Assembly (NCBI GenBank): GCA_001643675.2
Contig: LSRY02000024.1
Span: forward strand, 682,001-746,000
Reading direction: 5' to 3'
Origin: Monocercomonoides exilis PA203
Lineage: Eukaryota > Protista > Preaxostyla
DNA: 64,000 bases
Shown here piece by piece: positions 45,477-54,713 of this stretch. Each line of letters opens with the position of its first letter. Position 1 is the stretch's first letter. The translations under genes were made by a program, and so were the position numbers. Below the pieces are notes generated by a model. That model did not search any database and was not told the origin of the DNA. It worked only from the letters and a program-made list of their open reading frames with translations.

Positions 45477-47422
45477 TTATTCTTGTTGAACACTTTGTTG
45501 GCCTTCTTCCTCTTCGTAGCCAAAATCGCTGTTCTGTTGTTCTTCTTCCTCTCCTCTGCCTTCGTTATATTCTCCATCTCCTGCTTCTTCTTCTTTTCCT
45601 TGATAAGATTCGTCTTGGTCGAAATGTTCTTGTTCTTGTTCTTCTCCCTCATTTTTCTGTTCAAGTTCCTCTTCTCCTTCTTCATTTTCTTGTTCCTCTT
45701 TCTGTGACTGTCTCTTTGAGTCTGGTGTATCAGAGAGGCGAGGAGAAGGTGTCCTGCCGACATTTGAAGTGTTTGCGTACTCGTGTGTAGTGGTGCGAGA
45801 CTTTGTTGAGGAAGACATCGTCAGAAGCTGAGGATACGCTGCAAAGAAAGTCGACCGCAAGCCATTCGCTTTTTGCTCAATTTGGCCTGTGGTTGGATAA
45901 ACGAGATGAAGAGAGAAGAATATGGAAAAAAATTCAAATATTTATTAAAAAATGATAACAAGACAATATAAAATGATAATTTGTATGATAATTTGGATCA
46001 GAAAGAAATAAAAAATATATAAATAAATATTTTGTAAAGCAATCATCAATTTTCAAAAAAATAATAATAAATAATAATTTCTTCACAGATAGCACAATAC
46101 ACACCAAGATAGGACACGATATTCGTCTGTGTGATTGTGCCTTCTGCGTTTGCCTCGTCGGGCGCGTCGCACTGGGCGCTCTGGAAGAGCCGCATGACAG
46201 GCGCATAAAGAATGGAGATGTGGCTCAGCACGTCGTCCTTCTGCTGCTTGAATGACTCGATGCGCTTCTTCGTCACTTCAATCTGCCGCTGCGTCTCGTC
46301 TTTCAATTTGCCTGACTCTCCTTTTCTCTTCGCAGCTGTCTCTCTCAGCTCATTCGCTTTCTCCAGATCCTCCCTCTCCTCTTTCTCCAGCCTCTGGATC
46401 TGCACTTCGAGATCCCCCACAATGTTGTTGTTTGTCACAATCTGGTCCTCCACTTCCAAATACCGTGTCACCAGCTCATCCACCGAGTCAATCCCGGTTG
46501 CATTCTTTATCCTCCACAGAGCCTCTTCGTATGCAGCCATCTTCTCCTGTGACACCTGTGAAATGGCCTGTTCCTGTGATGTCACTATCACCCCGCTCGA
46601 TAAGTCAGCATCTTCTTCTGGTGAGCCATCTTCGTTCCCTCCAACATGGAAGAAATCAGAAAGTTGATCACATTTTTCTATTTCTTGATCTAATTGTTGA
46701 GACTCATGCTCGAAGTATGCTCTATCTTCTCTCTGTTGTTCTTGAATTGATTTCTTCTCCTGATCAGCAGCTGCTCGTTCTTCATAGCAAACGTTTGCTT
46801 CTTCGATAATATCTGCCATCTGTTTCTTTTTCTCGAATAATTTCTTTTCCATTTTTTTGTGAACTCCATCAAATATAACTCTTTCACATCTCATGCTGTC
46901 GATTTTTTCTCGTAGCTGTTTGTTTTCTGTTATAGCTTGGTTATATCTAAGGAGTGCTTGATCCAGACGATTTTCAAGTGTTCTAATTTGAAGCGCAAGA
47001 GCATTATCACTTTCTTTTGTTGATGTAACTCCTCGAACTTCTTTTCTTTTTTCAGCAACAGCTCTTGACAACTGATTAATTTCATTTTTAAGTTCCTCGT
47101 TTTCTGCTTTTGCATCTTCAATTTTGCGCTGGGTGATAACACCTTGTTGTTCCAATTGTTGAAGTTCTCTAAATTGAACTGAGCGTGGCTTCGTGCTTGG
47201 GGGAATGCGACTTTCAAATTCATATTTTTGCCTAAGTTCATCGTTTTCTTTTTTTAATAAATCAATTTGAGTTCTTAAAAAAAATACACAAGAATATCAA
47301 GTAATAAAAAAAAACACGCACTGTTGCATGCGTAGAGTTTTTTGAAAGCTCTCTTTAGTAGCCTTTGGTTGGCTACGAGTTGAGCGGAAACTAGCAACCG
47401 ATCGTGTGGTTCTATCAGCCAT
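45477..47422 (-). CDS. ODAD1: Outer dynein arm docking complex subunit DC2 (ODAD1/CCDC114/CCDC63 family), 3 exons, acidic C-terminal tail
   Basis: Signature IRTLENRLDQALLRYNQAITENKQLREKIDSMRCERVIFDGVHKKMEK, YEEALWRIKNATGIDSVDELVTRYLEVEDQ, and spliced SYLG|QIEQKAN. ATG 47422; TAA 45477. Confidence 0.9.
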
Positions 47423-47516
47423 TGCACAAGAAGAACAATAACTTTTAATGAATGAAACCACTTATATATTTTATAATAATTTATAAGATCAGTTCCGAAA
47501 ATAATTTCTTGAATAC

Positions 47517-47548
<32 letters not shown>
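47517..47548. repeat. (TA)n microsatellite upstream of ODAD1
   Basis: Visible dinucleotide run with one interruption. Confidence 0.85.
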
Positions 47549-48239
47549 TAGAAAAGAAAGAAAGAAAAAGGACCATGGAAAACGAATATCAATGGAAAAA
47601 ATGATTTTTGAATCTGCCAATTTATAACAACAATTTTGTTCTGAACTTCATTTTTCAGTGGGAAAAATTATTTATTTGAAAATAATGCTTCATTTTTTTT
47701 ATTTTTTTTTTTTGAAATTTTTGAAAGTGGATGTTACCTCTACATTTTTGGCTTCAACTGTACAAATAAGAAAAAGAAAAGAAAAAAGAAAAGAAAAGAA
47801 AAAGAAAAGAAAAAAAAAAGAAAAAAAAAGAAAAAGAAAAAGAGAAAGAGAAAAAAAAAATTGAGTTACATTGCAAAATAAACGTCTCAAAGCACGTTAA
47901 AGGATATAAATCATGCAAATAAATGAAAAAATAAGTTATTTTATCAGCATTTCTCCGTTTTCTAATAAAAAAAGAAGAATGAAACAATTGAGGAAAATGT
48001 GATAATTGAGCAAAAACGAAAACTCTGACCAAAATTTGGTTCTGACAGTCAAAAAATAAAAAATATGCAATTAAAAAACTCTTGTTAATATAACAGATAC
48101 ATCACGAAAATTACTCTTGTGAAAGATTTCACGAAAATAAAACAGAACAAAAATTTGACAAAAACATATTTAAACTGAAAAAAAAAAAAAAAATAAAACA
48201 AAATAAAATAAATCATTCAAATTGTATGTGTGTCACAAA

Positions 48240-51221
48240 TCAATGGCTTGCGTCCTTAATCTCTTTGTATTGCCTTCGTTTTTTTCTTCTAACCACACAC
48301 GCAGCAATCACTATCACGACCACAACAGCAACAACAGTAGAAACGCTAACAGAGACAATAATTACAACAAGTTGTGTGGTAGGCATTGCCTTTGGATCAT
48401 CTTTCTTCTGTTTCACCAAAATGACATTTGTAGAATGCTTCTTCTCTCCATCAATAATTCCACTTGAATAAGTCAAGCGGCATATTACTGATGCGTAATC
48501 ATCAACTTCAAACAAAGATGGAGGAATCCTCACTTTCATTTCTGTCTCATTTGTGTATTCAGAAACCGGGCAATTTGTCCATTTCATTTCTTCTCCTTTC
48601 TTTTTTTTGGACACTTCAATTGTTAGTCCACAAGGAATGAGATACGATCCATGCACAACAGCCTCAATTTCTTTCTCGTTTTCTTCTTTGTCCTGCAGCT
48701 CATTGTTATTGTTCGTTTCCTCTCTTTTCAGCGTCACATTCTTCAAAACAGGCGAAAAGAAATATGAATCCATGTTCTCAATAGCTGTTCCAACAGCCTT
48801 AACATCAGAAAGCATCCCAAATGGTTTTCCATCAAGACCGTCACTTCCTGGAGACAACGACTTCACTCGAATCCAAATGCCTCTGTTTCCTTTGGCTCGA
48901 ATATTATGCCGTAAAGATGGATACTTTTCCCAGCCTGCTTCAGCCGGATGATTGTTTGTGAAGCTGCAGTTGTAAAAATTAATTGAAGAAAAAGAAGATA
49001 GAATTGCTCCATCACCGATGTCAATAAATGAACTGTCATTGATCTCCCCTGATTGAACATTATTCATAAAAACAAGTCCCGAGTCCCACGAGCACAAGGG
49101 ATTATCCTCTTTGTAACCATTATTCAAATTCTCAACATTTTCAGCATTCTGATAAGCTCTGAAGCTGTATGCCGCCTTGTCGCTTTTACGTTGGCTTGTG
49201 GGAGTGATATTCCCGTTTCTTCCGTAAATAATAAGCTGTGTAAACTTTGAAAAAAATGTTTCTGATTTGATCAATTGGTATGGCAATAGTTTTCCTTCAC
49301 CACCAAGTACGTTTTCACCTTTTAAGCCAGTATACCAAGGCCGAAAAACAACATCTACAATACGAAGATCATATATTCCATATAATACACTTAGCGCATC
49401 TCCTTCGACAGCGTCTGGATACTCGATGTCCAAATGCAAAAATGAATACATAGACATATCGTCCCCAAACACTGCAATTGCATCCTCGTTTTTCATGTTA
49501 GATCCAATTCTAAGAGTTCCTCTGTTCTGTTCACTTTTCGATGAAGGCATCAATGAAGAATTGGTCATTGAAGAAAAGCTTGTTACTTGGCAGCCAAAAA
49601 ACGGTTCATTGACAAAGATTGTCTCAATGATATAAATCGACATATCATTGCTCCATGTCGCATGTTTGGCCATTCCGCTAAGCTGGGAGCAGGGTTCTTC
49701 TTTTCTCCCACATGTTTTCTCATTGCTTGCTTTTTCTCCTCCAATAAAGATTCTTTCTGAATGGTATGGCAATATATTCTCTTTGTCTGCCATTAAGTCA
49801 ATTATTCCTCCATCTTTCCTATTTTCAAGCAATATGTAATTCTTCTTCCCGTAAATCCCTTCCATCTCGAAATAAAATTGATCTTCGTCGATCTGTTCTC
49901 TTCCTGTTGGGAAAGACAAGTAAATATATTCCCCTTTCTCTGCTGCACAATTCGTGAACTCCATATCTTTCAATTCAAGTTTCAGCGTTTTTGTGACTTC
50001 GTCTGTGGCTTGAATTAACATCGCTCCTCCTTTTGACTCGTCATTCAGATGAGTACTCAGTCGATCTGTGTTCGCGTTTGCGCTTTCGCACGAACAATTC
50101 GTGAAATGCATTTGATAAAACATGCAAGAGTGTTCGCTATTCGTTATTTCCAAATATATCGCACCTCCCAAACTGTGCTCTGTTGACCAGCAATTTTTAA
50201 ATGTGCAACCATCAAATTTTGCAGATTGACATCCTCCAGTTACTGTCAAGACAGATTGAGTTTCACTTTTTGAAGTGATGGTGTCCAACATAGTGTGTGA
50301 AAATTCAATTTTTGGAGAAGATTCAGCAAGTATCAGTGCACAGGAAGATACAAAATGCGAAATCTCTATGCTCTGAAACAATAATTCACCAGATTTGCAT
50401 TCAATAAGCACACAGCTCAACTCATTCACAGTCTCTAAATTGCTGATATTCGTATTTTCCAATTTAGTTTGTGAACCTTCTCCTTCCACAACAAGTAATC
50501 CTTGATTTCTTCCGCTTTCTCGTTTTGTATCCACGCAAATATCTGCATAGCCAATGTAAAAATATCCTTTGCCTTTAACGCAAAACAAGGCGTCTCCATT
50601 TTTCACTTTCTTTTCGTCTAAAGCTGTTGTAATACCAATGACATTTTGGTCTCTGTTCTTCAGTTCGATGTGTCTCCCATCAATTATAATTGGCTCAGTA
50701 TCGAATTTATTGCAGCTTTCTGCCGTGTGGATCAATAATTTTCCTTCAGGCTTACAATGCTCCACTGCCTTTTTAATAGTTTTGCATGGCTTATGCAGTG
50801 ACATGCCACATTCATCGCTGTCAACCCCGTTTTCTCCATCAACTTCCACTTCATTTTCTTTATTGAATTGCATTTCTTTATACTTAATTTCAGAATGGCA
50901 TTCAGTAATACTTTTATCGTTCTCTTTTCGCAAGCTGAAATCGTCCAAATTCATAAAAGAGGTTTTTCTGCTCAAGTGTTCAAGGCATCTTTCGTGCATT
51001 TTATCTATGTTTCCTTCATCGCCTTCTATAATTTCTTCACATTCCTGAAAACGTGTGGTAGAATTAAGACTCAGACAATCAATTCCTTCATATGTACAAT
51101 TAACATTTCTCAAGAAAAACGTATCCCCCTTCTCTCTGATTGCTTGCATGTCATCATCTCCTTTCTTGTCAACGCAACTGATATTGCAGACACAGCAAAA
51201 AATGCTCACAAACAAAAACAT
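48240..51221 (-). CDS. Type I membrane surface protein (993 aa), paralogous ectodomain to 22638-31034, short cytoplasmic tail, no kinase
   Basis: Signal-like MFLFVSIFCCVCNISC; DSDECGMSLHKPCKTI and NEKTCGRKEEPCSQL motifs; GGAIY/GGAML; membrane-proximal block KYPSLRHNI...FFSPVL...GSYLIPCGL; Val-rich TM; tail RRKKRRQYKEIKDASH. Intronless. Confidence 0.88.
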   Translation of the reverse strand: MFLFVSIFCCVCNISCVDKKGDDDMQAIREKGDTFFLRNVNCTYEGIDCLSLNSTTRFQECEEIIEGDEGNIDKMHERCLEHLSRKTSFMNLDDFSLRKENDKSITECHSEIKYKEMQFNKENEVEVDGENGVDSDECGMSLHKPCKTIKKAVEHCKPEGKLLIHTAESCNKFDTEPIIIDGRHIELKNRDQNVIGITTALDEKKVKNGDALFCVKGKGYFYIGYADICVDTKRESGRNQGLLVVEGEGSQTKLENTNISNLETVNELSCVLIECKSGELLFQSIEISHFVSSCALILAESSPKIEFSHTMLDTITSKSETQSVLTVTGGCQSAKFDGCTFKNCWSTEHSLGGAIYLEITNSEHSCMFYQMHFTNCSCESANANTDRLSTHLNDESKGGAMLIQATDEVTKTLKLELKDMEFTNCAAEKGEYIYLSFPTGREQIDEDQFYFEMEGIYGKKNYILLENRKDGGIIDLMADKENILPYHSERIFIGGEKASNEKTCGRKEEPCSQLSGMAKHATWSNDMSIYIIETIFVNEPFFGCQVTSFSSMTNSSLMPSSKSEQNRGTLRIGSNMKNEDAIAVFGDDMSMYSFLHLDIEYPDAVEGDALSVLYGIYDLRIVDVVFRPWYTGLKGENVLGGEGKLLPYQLIKSETFFSKFTQLIIYGRNGNITPTSQRKSDKAAYSFRAYQNAENVENLNNGYKEDNPLCSWDSGLVFMNNVQSGEINDSSFIDIGDGAILSSFSSINFYNCSFTNNHPAEAGWEKYPSLRHNIRAKGNRGIWIRVKSLSPGSDGLDGKPFGMLSDVKAVGTAIENMDSYFFSPVLKNVTLKREETNNNNELQDKEENEKEIEAVVHGSYLIPCGLTIEVSKKKKGEEMKWTNCPVSEYTNETEMKVRIPPSLFEVDDYASVICRLTYSSGIIDGEKKHSTNVILVKQKKDDPKAMPTTQLVVIIVSVSVSTVVAVVVVIVIAACVVRRKKRRQYKEIKDASH

Positions 51222-51579
51222 ATCGCAATATTCTAATATTAAAATTTTCCTTTATGATCTAAACCATATATTTACAACAATTTTGCTAATTTATGGGAAA
51301 TTATTCTCATTTTTGAAAATTGTTGAGATTTGTTTCAAACTTTAATAAATCCACAAGAGGATGTTTGTTTTTATTCTTCAGCATACAAAATATTTAGATA
51401 AATTTTTATTGTTTTTTGTGTTGATTTTGTGGGAAATAAAATATAAATTTTTGATGGCAGCTTTTCTTTCTCCTTTTTAAAGACTCCTAATTTTCATAGA
51501 TGTTGTGATCTTTGAAATCACATATTTAAAGCTGAGGACGGTTTGTTTCAAAACAACAAATCAACAGTTTGGATTCTTT

Positions 51580-51843
51580 ATATGGATGATAATTTTTGAA
51601 ATCATATTTTTTCATTCAAAAATATCGGTGCAAAAATATTTCTTGAATAACAATAAAAAAGATTGAAAGGTTATAAGGCTTATTCAAAATATTTTTATCT
51701 ATAATTTTACTAAAACGTTTGTATATAAAAGCAATTATAACACTTTTTTTCTTTTGAATTATCAATTTCAGACAAATAAATTTCTATCTTTGAAAAATCG
51801 ACAACCCGAAAAATTTAATGATTTCAAAAATAATCACCCATAT
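51580..51843. mobile_element. MITE-like element, GGGTGATT-terminus family
   Basis: 51580-51605 and 51818-51843 are reverse complements at 24/26, with ATAT at both ends. The right end TTTCAAAAATAATCACCCATAT matches 20308-20329 at 21/22. Confidence 0.7.
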
Positions 51844-51844
51844 G

Positions 51845-52296
51845 AAATGATTTATGGTGAGGGAAAAAACAGGCACATATGGGGGAAAATACGGACTTTC
51901 AAGCTTTTTATGTACAAAGCATGAAAAAATTGTTTTTCTTATAACTTTATTTCTCTTACTCAGATTTCAAAATAAATTTGATTTTCATATCCGTAAACAG
52001 GTATCGTTGAAATCAAACCATTAAGAATTATTTCATATCACGAATGTCAAAAAATGGACCCATTTTTATTGTGTTTTTTGATATAAAATAGTCAATGAAA
52101 AGCACATAATTTTTCAATGAAAATGCCTGAAGTGAAATATTTTGTCCTATATGACATTTTCTTTCGAATTAATCAGCCAATTTCATATATATAGAAGACT
52201 CAAAATGCAATAATCTTCCACATATTTGAAATTGGCTGATTAATTCGAAAGAAAATGTCAAATGTGCGGGTTTTTTCCCTCACCAAAAATCGATTT
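51845..52296. repeat. ~34-bp imperfect inverted repeat pair bounding ~450 bp (possible second MITE family)
   Basis: TGGTGAGGGAAAAAAC (51855-51870) pairs perfectly with GTTTTTTCCCTCACCA (52270-52285), extending with GCACAT/ATGTGC inward and GATTT/AAATC outward. No clear target-site duplication. Confidence 0.7.
52152..52260. repeat. 109-nt foldback hairpin, perfect 34-bp stem
   Basis: TGACATTTTCTTTCGAATTAATCAGCCAATTTCA (52152-52185) is the exact reverse complement of 52227-52260. Confidence 0.95.
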
Positions 52297-52654
52297 TTGA
52301 AAATTTTCAAACAAAAAAAAAGGGAGAAATATTTTTGTTTATTCATTTTTTTATCCATAAATTTTAAAATCGATTATTTTGAATTCCTCATTTCGATAAA
52401 CATAGAGAGATTTATGTTTAAAGAAAAACATAAGCAACTGAATAAATACAATTTTGCACATAACTCGATTCGAATTGTGGTGTGGGAGTCAAAAGTCTCC
52501 CATTGAATTTCTATCAATTACAGGTTGATTCTAATGAATCACATTTTAAAAAATAAGCATTAAATGAACAAAAAATAAAATTGCAATAAAAATTGAAAAT
52601 TCGAATAATAAAATCAATGAATTGGCTTATTGATCTTCACCCAAAAAATAAAAA

Positions 52655-54150
52655 ATGAAAAAGGAAGTTACCAGAAAATTTACTGAGTGTCAGCTGAAAC
52701 TGCGGGAGGCGATGCTATTATACAAATATCGGCAAATTCGGTATCCGCTGGAGCGAATGGCGCATATTGTTTTCGATGGAGCTGTGCTCATGGTGGATGC
52801 AAACAACAGCAAAAAATTCAGTAAAATTCGAATCAAGCGTGCTGTGAAGGCTGTTAGGCAAAACAGATTTGTTTCAAAAATTGGTAGATGAGAGGTGATC
52901 ATTTGCGAAAAAGAGCAAACATTGTTGGACGAAATAAAAATTGAATCACTATCTGGAGCTTGTCTGAACAAAAAAAAAGCGTGAACTGGTTTCTATGTAT
53001 TTTTTTGTAAAATGTACAAATAAATATTTATTTGATTGAAAATGATGTTTATTATTTTTAACCAGAAAGCACTCTAAATTTTAATGTTTCTGATGCCGTT
53101 GCCAACGATTTCATCAAAAGACATCCCGAACTGAAGACATCAAAACCGAAAACTGTTAAGGCGAACAGGCTTGCGGTGCTATACCAACAATTTCGAAAGT
53201 ACTGGTGTGATTCGCTCAAAGGATAACATCAAAACAATAATTACAATAATTCCCTTATCTTCTACGTGGACCGGTCATCACTCAGGGTTCCTGACAGCTC
53301 CAATCGGAATGTTGTTCATCCTGCAAATGCAAGACCCGGTTTCGTCAAATCTGCTGACCGAATGGTGAATTCTTCACTGATTGCGATAGTCGCAGCTGAT
53401 GGACAATTACTTCCTTCAGTGATTCTGTGGCAGAGTCTCAAACTTCCTGATGACTTGAAGCCTCTTCAATCTTCAAATCTTGAGATTTGGCCGAACAAAT
53501 GTGGATGGATGGAATCTTCGTCTTTCTGAAAATATGTGCTAACAATTCTTCTCACTTCGATCAAAGAAAGAAGATAACGCATGTCACTCGACGAATGGCA
53601 CTGCTTGCTTTCAATCGACTTCCACATTTCTCGCACAGACCAAACAATCAAACGAAAGTTCAAAAAAGAAAATGTGGATGTTGTGACATTCATCCCTCAC
53701 AGCACACACATTCGTCAGCCTCTTGACCGAGAAGTTTTTGCAGTCATGAAGTCTGAGATGAGTTCACAGTACGAAGCACCTTCGTCGTCGTCTTCAGCAG
53801 CGAAAAGAATAGCTCTTGTGGAAGCTCTACAACAATCAATTCATTCGGCGCTATCACCTTCGGTCATCAAAAGAGCATTCAAATGCAGCGGCGTGCTGAA
53901 AGACTCGTCTGGGCCAGTTCTGATGAAGCTTCCTCAATCATCGACTTATCCTCTTCCTTCTCATAAAAATCGATTTGACTTCTACGGCAAAAAAATAACA
54001 GAAGAAAAGGTGCTAAATGAGTGGGATGATTGTTTGAGAAAGAAAATCGAAATGGAAAATGAAAAAGAAAGCATTTCTGATGAAGAAAATGATGAAACAA
54101 TGAATTTCACAAAATGCAAAAAAGAAAATTCAAAAACTTTTTTCAGATGA
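52655..54150 (+). pseudogene. pogo/Fot1-type (DDE_1, CENP-B-like) DD35D transposase pseudogene
   Basis: HTH-linked DFIKRHPELKTSKPK; triad LIFYVD, LLSIDFHISR and FIPHSTHIRQPLD; also VAADGQLLPSVIL and NKCGWMES. In-frame stops at 52889, 53224, 53527 and 53575. Probable intron remnant ~52989-53065. Confidence 0.88.
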
Positions 54151-54713
54151 GAACGATATGGAGAAAGAATCATCCGATAAAATTGAGCTAGGAAATGGAA
54201 AAAGAAAAGTCATTAAAGATATTCTTCGAGTTTTGTATTTTTGTAAATATTCCATATTTTTTCATTTTGAAAAATTCTAACTTTCAAAAAAACTGTTTCA
54301 TTCCATATTTATGATTCTCTTCAATAATTCTATTATTTTTTCATTTATTTTTCTGTTTAACAATGAAAACTTATTTGAGATGAAATAAGAAAATATAAGG
54401 CAAAATGATCGTTTTTATTTTTCATTTTAAATATAAATATAATTTAGAATTTTTTTATTAAAAAATCAAAAAATTTGAACCATTTTCATAACAAGCAGAT
54501 GTTGCTTTCCAAATATTCTCTAATAATTACAATAATATGAAAGAAATGAATAACAAAAATAAAAAATATTCTTTTTAAATCCAAAATAAAATGGTGCTAA
54601 ATAATAATTTCTTGACAATTGAAAAGGCAAACAAATTGAAAAATGTGCAAAAAATAATCCAAACTTGTTGAAAAAAAAAAATACAACTTCAAAACATTCA
54701 AAAACATTAAAAT

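Noticed and set aside
52889-53577. Alternative genetic code (TAA/TAG = Gln, known in some oxymonads) rescuing the transposase
   Set aside because: Two of the four stops are TGA. Host genes here end in TAA/TAG and multi-kb ORFs contain no in-frame TAA/TAG.
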